Shown here piece by piece: positions 27,500 to 37,365 of a stretch of 64,000 bases of DNA. The DNA comes from a virus. Taxonomy: Duplodnaviria; Caudoviricetes. The notes under the pieces were generated by a model that was not told the origin of the DNA, ran no database searches, and saw nothing but the letters and a program-made list of their open reading frames with translations. Position numbers and translations under genes: made by a program. Numbering within the stretch: the first letter of the stretch is position 1; each line of letters starts with the position of its first letter. Location: positions 32,001 through 96,000 of the IMG/VR virus record IMGVR_UViG_3300032327_000348, one strand, 5' to 3'.

Positions 27500-29005
27500 T
27501 TATGATATAACTTTAACATTATACATTAATTCAAAGCGATCGGCATCTTTTCGGTTATTTACCATTGGCTCACCGCGGATGTTTAGGCTAGTGTTCAATA
27601 ACATTGGACATCCTGTCATGATATACCATTTTTCAAGGAGTTCTCGTATTCCACTTCCATCTGACGGCACTGTCTGGACACGACTAGTCCCGTCGTGATG
27701 AACAATAGCAGGAAATAAGTCAGGTACCCTACAACGGGCGATTGACTGCATATACCTGCTGTTACTGAAACCATGAGGCATATCAAAATACATATCAGCA
27801 TACTCCTCCAGAATGACTGGCGCAAATGGTCTAAATTTTTGTCTTCGTTTAATTTCATTTACTTTGTCCTTGATTTCTGTTCCTCTAGGGTCTGCAAGTA
27901 GGCTTCTATTTCCCAAGGCTCTTGGTCCAAACTCGGCTCGGCCATTGGCTACACCCACTATTTTATCGGATATTAATATATCAAGTAAATTGTTTACGGG
28001 ATATTTACCATCTATGTTATATCCTAGGTATGCATTACTCCATTCTACTTTATACCCATATCCTAAACAGGCTGCTCCAAGACTAGAACCAGCATCGCCG
28101 GGATTAGGCATGATCCATATATTATCAAAATAATTACCTAATAATCTATTCGCTAAACAATTTAACGCAACACCGCCACCGTATACTAAGTTCTTACTAC
28201 TACCTAACATTCGTGCTTTGCTAATAACATTTTTAATAAGTTCTTCAGCAATCAGTTGTGCGCTACAGGCAATGTCCATATTATCAGCACCCTCAATGAA
28301 ATCATCAGGTACTCCTATGTGTAAATTGTTTCTAAAAGTAATATCTTTATATGATTTTACTAATGTGTCAGACATTTCTTTTAATTCTTTTGATAGATTA
28401 GATTTGCCGTATGCTGCCATACCCATCAGTATGTATTCTTCATCCAACGGTTTTAGTCCCACTCTTTGTGTCATAGCACTATAAAATAAACCAATGCTAT
28501 GTGGATATGTTTGTCCCCACAATTTTTTATATTGTGCCAAGCCGTTCTTATCGTACCACGCATCATAAATGCTAATGGTATCAAATTCACCAATAGCATC
28601 AATAACAACCACCGTGGCATCATCATGAGGACTTGTTTGAAACCCTGCTGCCGCGTGACTTAAGTGATGGTTGTGTGTATGAACTTTGCCACCACGACCA
28701 TCTTGAAGATGATGTAATAATCTAGTACCAATTAATTCTTTAACAGACAAATTAGATAATTTAGGCTTTTCACCTGAACGCACTTGTCGTAAAAATTTCA
28801 TCCACGGGCGTTCATAGTAATGTATTTCTACGTCACGTGATGTGAGGTATGATATAGCATCTTCTATTAAACCATAGCATAGGTATTTGTTATGTTTGCT
28901 TTTACTGTACCGTTCGCTATGACCAGCAAATAATATATTACCATTGTCATCGAGTACGCTCAATGCGGCATCATGGAAGCCGCATGATATTCCAATATAG
29001 TTCAT
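27500..29005 (-). CDS. NodU/CmcH-family carbamoyltransferase
   Basis: GISCGFHDAA, HHLSHAA, DAIGE, MGMAAYG, GGVALNC, PGDAG, EFGPRALGNRS, FRPFAP, LNTSLN. Confidence 0.95.
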   Translation of the reverse strand: MNYIGISCGFHDAALSVLDDNGNILFAGHSERYSKSKHNKYLCYGLIEDAISYLTSRDVEIHYYERPWMKFLRQVRSGEKPKLSNLSVKELIGTRLLHHLQDGRGGKVHTHNHHLSHAAAGFQTSPHDDATVVVIDAIGEFDTISIYDAWYDKNGLAQYKKLWGQTYPHSIGLFYSAMTQRVGLKPLDEEYILMGMAAYGKSNLSKELKEMSDTLVKSYKDITFRNNLHIGVPDDFIEGADNMDIACSAQLIAEELIKNVISKARMLGSSKNLVYGGGVALNCLANRLLGNYFDNIWIMPNPGDAGSSLGAACLGYGYKVEWSNAYLGYNIDGKYPVNNLLDILISDKIVGVANGRAEFGPRALGNRSLLADPRGTEIKDKVNEIKRRQKFRPFAPVILEEYADMYFDMPHGFSNSRYMQSIARCRVPDLFPAIVHHDGTSRVQTVPSDGSGIRELLEKWYIMTGCPMLLNTSLNIRGEPMVNNRKDADRFELMYNVKVIS

Positions 29006-29007
29006 GC

Positions 29008-29109
29008 TTACTTGTAGATAAACGGATCTCGTTTTTTAAGTTCTTTAAGACGCTTGCGATAATAAATTTCCATTCGAATTTTATTTATTAAATTTTTAAT
29101 CCATTTCAT
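29008..29109 (-). CDS. 33-aa basic peptide upstream of the carbamoyltransferase, not in the ORF track
   Basis: AAGGAG SD, then MKWIKNLINKIRMEIYYRKRLKELKKRDPFIYK*. Fills the intergenic gap. Confidence 0.75.
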   Translation of the reverse strand: MKWIKNLINKIRMEIYYRKRLKELKKRDPFIYK

Positions 29110-29118
29110 ACTAACTCC

Positions 29119-30459
29119 TTATTGTGTTTTACATTCATCGTAGAATTTTGCTAGTTCAGGAAACGTATTAACAAAATTCAAATTTCGCTTGCTATCAAAG
29201 TCATCAAACCATGTAGCAAATCTTTGTTTAAGCATAGTATTGTCATTCTTATTGAATCTAATGCCATCACGTAGTTTAATTAAAAAATCAGTATAACCGG
29301 GCCATGTGCCAAATTTGTCACTAACATCTGGCATATCTACTGATATACTTTGCATCCAATCAATTGCAGGATCTAAGTAGTCAGCAAATTCAAAAGGAAG
29401 TATGAACGGTGATTGAACGTCGGGATGTGTCACTATATTTTGTTTAAGCATAACTGCTTTGTTATGTGTCTTAGATAAATCATAGACCCACTTGAGAAAC
29501 TTAGGGAATCTTGGTATGGCCAACGCAGTGACGCTTGGTAAGAATGCCAATTCAATATCAGCCTTACTAGCAAATAATTTATTTACATTACTTTCAAAAC
29601 GATTCCACTCTAATCCATTGCGAATATATTCAGCTTGGTCATTCAATGCTTCCATACTAATGTGAACTTCTAATATGAACTTTTCTGACAGTTTAGGAAT
29701 GTATTCTAAAAACTTGTTATAGTAATTGTTTGTGGCATTTAGATTAGTAACCACCCAGATTCTAGTTTTAGGAACTTCTTTGTCAGCGTATACTTCTAAC
29801 AACTTGTCTAGAAAATCATAGAACTCAGGTGTAATTAGTGGTTCGCCCCCAATTATACCTATTCTGTCTAATGAATGTTTTGCCTTAGTATTGACCCATT
29901 CCCAAAATAAATTAATGAATCTTTCATTGGGATTTGATTGTACTTGCTTGTATATTTCTATATTGATAGAGTTGTTCTTCAAACTTTCAGCAGCCCATTG
30001 ACTACTGTATACGTGATTGCAATACATACACTTCATGTCACAAGTGTTGCCTAGACTTACTTCAAGCATGAATGGATTGTTGCTTTCTAGTATTTTACTG
30101 TCTATCGTTACTTGATTAGCAATCTCTATAAGTGTAGGAGGGGTGAATTCCTGAAACATCTGATGTTTGTTGGCATAATCTATAAACCCATATGGATTGT
30201 TACCCCTTAAACTCTTTGCTCCTGCTTGTTCAAGGCTCCAACAGCTTTTACAATCAGAATGTTGTACGCCTTGAAGCATTTCCATTCTTCGTTTCTTCTG
30301 ATAATCAGTATTTAGAAAAATGTCTGTTCCATACTCATCCATCATTCCATCATTGATAGTTTGAAAGGGTGTCTTACAACAAGTGCGAATTTCATTTCGA
30401 GACAGGCTAAAGTTAGGGTACCCCCAACGCAGGTGACATACGGTATCTTCATTATTCAT
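29119..30459 (-). CDS. Radical SAM protein with an N-terminal twitch/SPASM-like domain
   Basis: CDMKCMYC, GGEP, N-terminal C...CC...CxxCW. Probable start 30459 (track: 30477). Confidence 0.9.
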   Translation of the reverse strand: MNNEDTVCHLRWGYPNFSLSRNEIRTCCKTPFQTINDGMMDEYGTDIFLNTDYQKKRRMEMLQGVQHSDCKSCWSLEQAGAKSLRGNNPYGFIDYANKHQMFQEFTPPTLIEIANQVTIDSKILESNNPFMLEVSLGNTCDMKCMYCNHVYSSQWAAESLKNNSINIEIYKQVQSNPNERFINLFWEWVNTKAKHSLDRIGIIGGEPLITPEFYDFLDKLLEVYADKEVPKTRIWVVTNLNATNNYYNKFLEYIPKLSEKFILEVHISMEALNDQAEYIRNGLEWNRFESNVNKLFASKADIELAFLPSVTALAIPRFPKFLKWVYDLSKTHNKAVMLKQNIVTHPDVQSPFILPFEFADYLDPAIDWMQSISVDMPDVSDKFGTWPGYTDFLIKLRDGIRFNKNDNTMLKQRFATWFDDFDSKRNLNFVNTFPELAKFYDECKTQ

Positions 30460-30542
30460 AATTGTATTTAGTAACATGTTTTTGTAAAATTTATTAATTT
30501 ATGACTGAAAACAGCCCCTGATAAATACCATATAAAGGATTT

Positions 30543-31589
30543 GTGATGGAGATAACACCTGGAAAACCCATAAGAACATATGGCGTGAACGGATCATGGA
30601 GAGATTGGTCAACTGACGAACTAGTTGGAGCAAAATTAAACTACTTAACTGATTGGAAGTGTGGGGCCGGCGTCGATAGTTTATTCATCGATATGGATGG
30701 TGGTGTTTGGACTGCCAGTTGCAGAGTGGGAGGTAAGTTGGGTAGTGTTTGGGATGATTTTAGTGTACCTGAAGATTGGATTAATTGTACTAAAAATGTC
30801 TGTAGTTGCGGTGCTGACTTGTTCATCCCAAAAACAAGTACACTAGAATACAAACCCTTATTGCGTAAGGGTCAAGATTTACCTACCCAGCACGAATTAC
30901 GAAATGATGAATTAACAGAATTTGTTGGTATGGAGCGCACTCATGCTAGTACACAAAAACAAGTGTACTGGGAAATAGGTCGTAGATGTAATTACGATTG
31001 TAGTTATTGCTGGCCCTGGATTCATAATAATACCGACCCACACAAGCCACTAGAAGATTTAATGAGGGCTACTCATTTGATTGAAACTAAATTCACCAAA
31101 GGTGAGAGTGTTAATTTCATTATTAGTGGTGGAGAACCAACCGTCAATAAAGATTTCTTAGATTGGTTACGATACTTAAATGCATGTGGACACCATGTGA
31201 GTTTACATAGCAACGGCTCACGATTACCTGACTATTACAAAGAGATTATTCATTATGGTGATTTGAACCTTAGTGTTCACTACGAGTTTTATGACCGTGC
31301 TAAATTTGTCAAGGTCGTTGAAGCAATTGCTAAAGAAAAATCTGAACACGGTGATTGTGGTCACTTAGAAGTTAAGTTCATGATGGCTCCGCATAATCGT
31401 GAGGAAACATTAAGTTTGGAAGCAGAATTAAAAGAATTGCCATTTTTCAAAGAATACTGTACATGGGCTATTGTTCCTATTCGCGGTGATTTGAATAACA
31501 AGACTAGTGCCCCTAATACAGGGTCGGGAAGTGAAGTCATGATTGGTTACACTAAAGAAGATTATATTTTGTTTGGGGATAGAAAATAA
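30543..31589 (+). CDS. Radical SAM protein with an N-terminal auxiliary Fe-S domain
   Basis: CNYDCSYC, SGGEPT, HSNGSR. N-terminal WKCGAG...C...C...CSC. Confidence 0.9.
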   Translation: MMEITPGKPIRTYGVNGSWRDWSTDELVGAKLNYLTDWKCGAGVDSLFIDMDGGVWTASCRVGGKLGSVWDDFSVPEDWINCTKNVCSCGADLFIPKTSTLEYKPLLRKGQDLPTQHELRNDELTEFVGMERTHASTQKQVYWEIGRRCNYDCSYCWPWIHNNTDPHKPLEDLMRATHLIETKFTKGESVNFIISGGEPTVNKDFLDWLRYLNACGHHVSLHSNGSRLPDYYKEIIHYGDLNLSVHYEFYDRAKFVKVVEAIAKEKSEHGDCGHLEVKFMMAPHNREETLSLEAELKELPFFKEYCTWAIVPIRGDLNNKTSAPNTGSGSEVMIGYTKEDYILFGDRK

Positions 31590-34193
31590 ATGGCAATGGA
31601 TAAAGACACCTGGATTGCAGAAAATCTAATTCCAAAAAATACTGAAGCAAACACGACCAGACGACCTAGAAATAATGTAAAATCTGTTGGAGTTAAAATT
31701 GGTCATCGAAAAACAAAGATGACATTATGTGTATTAGGTAGTTGGGCTATTTATATGCCTCCTTATAATTTAGCTAGACTAACTGGATTAATGCGTGAAG
31801 CCGGATACACTACTACAGTATATGATTTTAATGTGGAATCACACTATGCACTTAAAGAGGCTAATCCAGATTTAGATGATGCTTGGAACGGAGCAAACTA
31901 TTGGTGGTGGCAGGGTGACGAATATTATAAGCGAATTCATCCTACATATGAACCTATTCTTAAAGAATACTTAGAAATCTTATTAGATGACAATCCAGAT
32001 ATTATAGGGTTCAGTACTTACTATACCAACTTGTTACCTACTAAGTGGATGATTAAAGAGATTCGCAATAGAAGGCCCGATATCACAATTGTCATGGGCG
32101 GACCTGAATGTCACGAAAATTACTATGAAAGGCCGACGGAAATAGATTATTATTTCATCGGAGAGAGCGAGCAAAACATTTTAGATTTCCTAGAGAATTG
32201 GGAAAACGGCATTAAACCAGAAAAACCGGCTATAGGTAGTTTATACAGTGATACACGTATTGACATTGATAGCTTACCTTATCCCGACTATAGTGACTTT
32301 GATCTAACTAAGTACTGGGGCAAGAATAGTATCTGTGCTGAAATCAGTAGAGGGTGCATTGCCAAATGTAGTTATTGCACTGAAGTATATTATTGGAAGT
32401 TCCGTGACCGTGGTGCTAATAATGTAGTAGATGAACTAGAATATCAAGTTAAAAAATACGGGATTAATTTTGTGTCATTTGTTGATAGTTTAATGAACGG
32501 TAACTTGAAAGAGTTTAGAAGTTTTTGCCAAGAATTAGTTGATAGAAAATTAGGAGTTAATTGGTGGGGATATGCTAGAGCTGATGGTAGAATGGATTTA
32601 GAATTCTATAAATTAATGAAGGCGGCGGGTGCCCAAGGATTCAATTATGGAATTGAGACCGGTAGCGATAAAGTTTTAAAGGCTATCAATAAGAAAAATA
32701 CAGTAGCAGAAATTAATCAAAATATCATTGACTCTGATAAAGTGGGTATGAAAGTATCTGCATGTTGGGTCATTGGCGCGCCGGGTGAGGATATTGAGGC
32801 TTTTACGCATAGTTTTAACATGTTATGGAATCATAGAGCAAGAATTATAGCATGTAGTCCGGGCCCTGGTTTGGGTGATAATATGGGTTCTGCGTATGAT
32901 GATAGAGAAAAGTTTAATTTAAACCCAAGAAATAAGCCATGGCTAGGTGGATGGTATACATTAGATTTAATGAACACAAAGTTACATAGACACATTAGAA
33001 TTAAACTAATGCATATTTGGTTACATCTATGTAAGGAGTATGGTGGTACTATTACTAATGTACATAGTTCAGAGGGAGATATTACCGATCATTTTGAATT
33101 GAAATTTGATTCAGAATACATAAATGAACATGTTGAATATGAAAATTTTGATTTTAATATTATTAAATCAGGACATGGAATGTTTGCTGATAGTGTAATG
33201 AATGAAGTATTTGGATTTTTTAGAATGTTGTGGAGAGTGCGTGGAGGATTTGAAATGACATTGAATTTTAATTCAGAATTAGACCACAGAGATTTTATAT
33301 TCACTATTGCTCCCGATTCACATACATATACTGCTAAGTTGTATTTTAAAATAGATGACGCAGGTAATTATATTACTAAATGTGATTTTAACTTTGTTAA
33401 TAACTTTAAAGATATAGTTAGTATGGATGGTTTTAATTATACACATGAAGATGTTGGTCAATGGACAGAGGCAACCAAAACTAAAATAAATAAAATATTT
33501 TTTATTAAATCAGACACAGTAGTTCCCAATGTATTACCTATTGAGAGTTGCTTCTCATCTATATCGGTAGAAGAACGTTTTATGCTGTTACGTATTTCAA
33601 AGTATCTTAAGCCAAATAGTGTAGTATTAGAAACTAATTCAGGATTGGGCGGACGTGCATCTATTCTAGCAAGAGCTAATAGAAATATAAGTATTCATTC
33701 TATTGAATCATTCAATGTGGATTCGTTAAAGAATGAGTTTGATTCTATGCAATCATGGATTAGAGAACAACTATTCGATATATGCAAAGACAATAATATA
33801 GATAAGAAAATAGGGTATGATCTATTACAATCTATACAAGAAGATTTTCAGTATGATACTACCGGTAAGTCAGTGTGGCAGCGTATTACAAAAAAATATT
33901 CTAATATACAATTACATCATACATCAGATTTTGTAGATTGGAATACTCCATTGGATATTTGTTTAATTAATATACACCAGAATCCTATTTTTAAAACTAA
34001 TTTAGAATTTTGGTCTAAACATGTTAAACCTGAAGGATATATTATAGCACATTTATACCATGAAACATACGGAGTTGATGTTTATAATGGTATAAATGAA
34101 TTATTAAACCATGGATGGAAAATAGTTGAAAAGGTAGACACTTTGATATGTATCCAACGTAATACATCTAATCTAAACACTTATCTTCTTTAA
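31590..34193 (+). CDS. Cobalamin-binding radical SAM protein fused to a degenerate class I methyltransferase-like domain
   Basis: B12-binding region (PDIIGFS, VMGGP, GESE), SRGCIAKCSYC, GIETGSD.VL...NK, IGAPGE. C-terminal VVLETNSGLG...VKPEGYIIAH. Confidence 0.88.
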   Translation: MAMDKDTWIAENLIPKNTEANTTRRPRNNVKSVGVKIGHRKTKMTLCVLGSWAIYMPPYNLARLTGLMREAGYTTTVYDFNVESHYALKEANPDLDDAWNGANYWWWQGDEYYKRIHPTYEPILKEYLEILLDDNPDIIGFSTYYTNLLPTKWMIKEIRNRRPDITIVMGGPECHENYYERPTEIDYYFIGESEQNILDFLENWENGIKPEKPAIGSLYSDTRIDIDSLPYPDYSDFDLTKYWGKNSICAEISRGCIAKCSYCTEVYYWKFRDRGANNVVDELEYQVKKYGINFVSFVDSLMNGNLKEFRSFCQELVDRKLGVNWWGYARADGRMDLEFYKLMKAAGAQGFNYGIETGSDKVLKAINKKNTVAEINQNIIDSDKVGMKVSACWVIGAPGEDIEAFTHSFNMLWNHRARIIACSPGPGLGDNMGSAYDDREKFNLNPRNKPWLGGWYTLDLMNTKLHRHIRIKLMHIWLHLCKEYGGTITNVHSSEGDITDHFELKFDSEYINEHVEYENFDFNIIKSGHGMFADSVMNEVFGFFRMLWRVRGGFEMTLNFNSELDHRDFIFTIAPDSHTYTAKLYFKIDDAGNYITKCDFNFVNNFKDIVSMDGFNYTHEDVGQWTEATKTKINKIFFIKSDTVVPNVLPIESCFSSISVEERFMLLRISKYLKPNSVVLETNSGLGGRASILARANRNISIHSIESFNVDSLKNEFDSMQSWIREQLFDICKDNNIDKKIGYDLLQSIQEDFQYDTTGKSVWQRITKKYSNIQLHHTSDFVDWNTPLDICLINIHQNPIFKTNLEFWSKHVKPEGYIIAHLYHETYGVDVYNGINELLNHGWKIVEKVDTLICIQRNTSNLNTYLL

Positions 34194-35040
34194 TTTTATG
34201 TGCAATAATTGTAGCAAAACTTTTTACTGAATCTAAATTTGGATGTGCATTTTTAGGAGAAACCCAAAATTTTGGGTTTTGCCCAGTAACCTCTAAGAGT
34301 GCACTAGTCCACGATTCTCCTACAGATGGGTGTATATCCTCAGTTGGAGTAAAATTAACCCAACATTTAGCATCTAATGATTCGACTAGGCGAAGTGTAT
34401 CTACGAAAATTCCAGAATTAAATGATAGAGATTGTTTTGTAAAATCGTTAGAAGAGCCTAATGCTCGATAAAAAGTATAAGATATACCATTTAATCGTAG
34501 AAAATTTTCTAAAAGCAATATATTTTTAATATAGTTAATATACAAATCTACCTCATCCGCGTTTATTAAAACAACTTTTATATAATCTTCATAATCTAAT
34601 ACAAAATCATTTTTTCCTAACTGATTAGGATTTAAATTTATAAAACCTTTTGATTTTTTAATAAATTTCATAGCTCTAGCAATACTAGACCATCCTATTA
34701 CTACGTGATAGTTATGTCTATCTTCTATTGGAATAGACAATATATAATTTACAGTAGATAGTGAAATCATATCGTTGCTTTTTCCTTCATTCGACAGATC
34801 AATTTTATTATCAGTATCGATACCTACTAACTCAGATACAACGTGTGGCAAGTTATATTTTCTCTTATAAACGTTGTGGTACTCATTCCAAGTATCTCTG
34901 TTTTCATTAGTATGTTGTTTTGACGAAACCGTCGTAAACCATTCCCATGATAACTTATTACCTACTTCTTTTGAATAATTATCCCATACAAGTTCGTCAC
35001 CTGCCATAAAACTACAACCATTAAACACTATTTTTTTCAT
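34168..35040 (-). CDS. SGNH/GDSL-like hydrolase or acyltransferase-like protein
   Basis: N-terminal FNGCSF (GDS-like), DLS..GKSN, IGWS...R, C-terminal HPN. Confidence 0.65.
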   Translation of the reverse strand: MKKIVFNGCSFMAGDELVWDNYSKEVGNKLSWEWFTTVSSKQHTNENRDTWNEYHNVYKRKYNLPHVVSELVGIDTDNKIDLSNEGKSNDMISLSTVNYILSIPIEDRHNYHVVIGWSSIARAMKFIKKSKGFINLNPNQLGKNDFVLDYEDYIKVVLINADEVDLYINYIKNILLLENFLRLNGISYTFYRALGSSNDFTKQSLSFNSGIFVDTLRLVESLDAKCWVNFTPTEDIHPSVGESWTSALLEVTGQNPKFWVSPKNAHPNLDSVKSFATIIAHKIKEDKCLD

Positions 35041-35042
35041 AA

Positions 35043-36191
35043 TTAAATTTCCCTAATAGGTATTATTTTTTTATTTATCACTTGCTCTCTTGCTGACTGT
35101 TTGTTATACCAATTAGATATTTGTTTATTAACAAAATGATTTAACTTCTCCCAATTGCCATGAGCTACATAGTTTGAAAAATCTGTTGGTTTTAGTTCTT
35201 CAACATGTGGTTCTAATGTTTGTAGAATAACTCCTAAATTTTGACTAGGCAATTTCCAAATACTCAAATGCTCAGGATGATGAATAGTATTATACCACAA
35301 ATTAACTTCATGTTTAGTAGTAAACCGAACAAATTCAGGCATTTCCCACCAGTTGTTATTCATAGGATTAACCATGACACTTAATCCACGATTATTATCT
35401 TTACAGTATTGCTTGAATGTTTGAAAGTTTTCCATCAAATCATCAAAGTTTCCGTTGATTCTAATCGACTCATAGTTTTCTTTATCTAAACTGTCAATAC
35501 TAATATTCAAGTGAATATTACACTTGTCTAATATTTCACGCACTTGCTTGTTATACACGGTACCGTTAGTGGCAATGTTGATTCGTAATGATGGATTAAT
35601 CTGTGCTACAAGCATACAAATATCATATACAATTTTTTGTGCGAACGGTTCACCGCCGTTGAATCTAAGTTCTTCTAAATGGGGGATAAATTCTTTCAAT
35701 TGTTCCACAAAACTATCATCATATACCATTGGCATAGGTGGTAGTTTATCTCTGTTTTTTCTAATACCAGAACTTAATCTACCGTCACACATTACGCATT
35801 CTAAATTGCACTGGTTACTTAACTCTAATTCTAATACAGTTGGATAGTCTTTCACACTAAAACCATCATATGCTAATGCTAATGGCCAAGTGTCTGCTTC
35901 TATTTTCTGTTTACATACTCTACATTCACTATTAAATATACCTTCTTTTAATTGATTTCTATATTGAGTAAATTTTTCACCAAACCATATATCTTTAATT
36001 GACCTAGTAGTTGACCATTTATCAACATGTCCAACTAATAACCAGCATGGAGCTACATTACCTTCAACAGTAAAATACATATTGTTCAACGGGGCGATAC
36101 ACGGACTTATTGTGTTGATTTCTCTACTTTGGTCAAACTCTTTCCGTTTGATATTGTATGTGTCAATCTGTTCTTGCGTTAGTTTATTCAT
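35043..36191 (-). CDS. Radical SAM protein with an N-terminal SPASM/twitch-like domain
   Basis: CNLECVMC, GGEPF, TNGT, ISIDS. N-terminal C..P...PCW...CRVC. Confidence 0.92.
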   Translation of the reverse strand: MNKLTQEQIDTYNIKRKEFDQSREINTISPCIAPLNNMYFTVEGNVAPCWLLVGHVDKWSTTRSIKDIWFGEKFTQYRNQLKEGIFNSECRVCKQKIEADTWPLALAYDGFSVKDYPTVLELELSNQCNLECVMCDGRLSSGIRKNRDKLPPMPMVYDDSFVEQLKEFIPHLEELRFNGGEPFAQKIVYDICMLVAQINPSLRINIATNGTVYNKQVREILDKCNIHLNISIDSLDKENYESIRINGNFDDLMENFQTFKQYCKDNNRGLSVMVNPMNNNWWEMPEFVRFTTKHEVNLWYNTIHHPEHLSIWKLPSQNLGVILQTLEPHVEELKPTDFSNYVAHGNWEKLNHFVNKQISNWYNKQSAREQVINKKIIPIREI

Positions 36192-37365
36192 CTTTGTATT
36201 CCATAACTAAATTACCCCATTCACCAAACGTGGTCTTAAAATCTTGTTGTCTAAATTTATCTAGTTCTTCATTCTTGCTAATGAATTCATTGATAAGTGA
36301 ATCACTGTCTCTGGATAAATGCAAGAAGTTTTTAACAATATCAAAGTCTTTGTGAGTTAAACGAGCAGACACTATTTCTTTTAATTTATCTGGTAAATTT
36401 TTTATACTATGACTAGGAGGGTAATGTAATATGTTATAGTAGGTGAATAAGTCCATTGATTTAGCCCACTCTAAGTATTCTGGCATGTAATAGATATTAA
36501 ACGAACTAACAGTTGGACACAATGTTAGGAACAAATTCTTATTGTTCTTTTTCAACTCTACAAATTTTGTAATATTTTCTTGTACTACATTCCATTCAGT
36601 AGGGTAGCGTTCATACTCTAATCTAGCACCTAAATCATCAATTGATAGGCACAATGTTATTTCTTTGAACTGAAGTATGTTATCTAAAAATTTCTTATTA
36701 TATAAGGTGCCATTGGTGTTCAATAATACTGATATGTTTTTTGCTTTACCTGACTTGATTAATAAGTCTAGAATTTTTATATTTTCTGGACTTGCCAATG
36801 GTTCACCACCAGTAACCTCTAAGTGAATCAAGTCTTCTGCCCACTTGTTAATAACTTCTTCGTTAGATGTTCCTAATATCTTATTACTAATCCAATAATC
36901 ACTACCCTCAATTGTTACGTTCAACCGTTCTTGATATTCTTTTAAAAATGTAGAGCTTGCTTGCGGTCCACATATTCTACATTTAAGATTACATACATTG
37001 TTTAATTTCAAATCCATAGCACGTGGTCCACCGGTGGCTATAGTCTCAAACACCATACCAGTCGTATCTACTTTTTTATCAATAGACCATTGTAGTCTAA
37101 AACTCTTGATTCCGGCGGCTTCTTCGTCCCAGCAGCTTTGGCATTCTTTGGGACGTTTGCCATCTAAGAACGCTTGTCTTAAATTTTGAAATCTAATATC
37201 ATTCCATAATACATTTAGTTTGCCTTCTTTCATGTTAGGCAATTGATACTCATTTGAAATATCAGGTTGTGCGAATTTACAACATGGACGCAATGATCCA
37301 TTAACGTCAGTTGATATGTTAGTCCATGGCAGTGAACAAAATGAGTCAGGCAATTGATTACTCAT
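36184..37365 (-). CDS. Radical SAM protein with an N-terminal twitch domain
   Basis: CNLKCRIC, GGEPL, TNGT. N-terminal FCSLPW...PCC...CQSCW. Confidence 0.92.
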   Translation of the reverse strand: MSNQLPDSFCSLPWTNISTDVNGSLRPCCKFAQPDISNEYQLPNMKEGKLNVLWNDIRFQNLRQAFLDGKRPKECQSCWDEEAAGIKSFRLQWSIDKKVDTTGMVFETIATGGPRAMDLKLNNVCNLKCRICGPQASSTFLKEYQERLNVTIEGSDYWISNKILGTSNEEVINKWAEDLIHLEVTGGEPLASPENIKILDLLIKSGKAKNISVLLNTNGTLYNKKFLDNILQFKEITLCLSIDDLGARLEYERYPTEWNVVQENITKFVELKKNNKNLFLTLCPTVSSFNIYYMPEYLEWAKSMDLFTYYNILHYPPSHSIKNLPDKLKEIVSARLTHKDFDIVKNFLHLSRDSDSLINEFISKNEELDKFRQQDFKTTFGEWGNLVMEYKDE

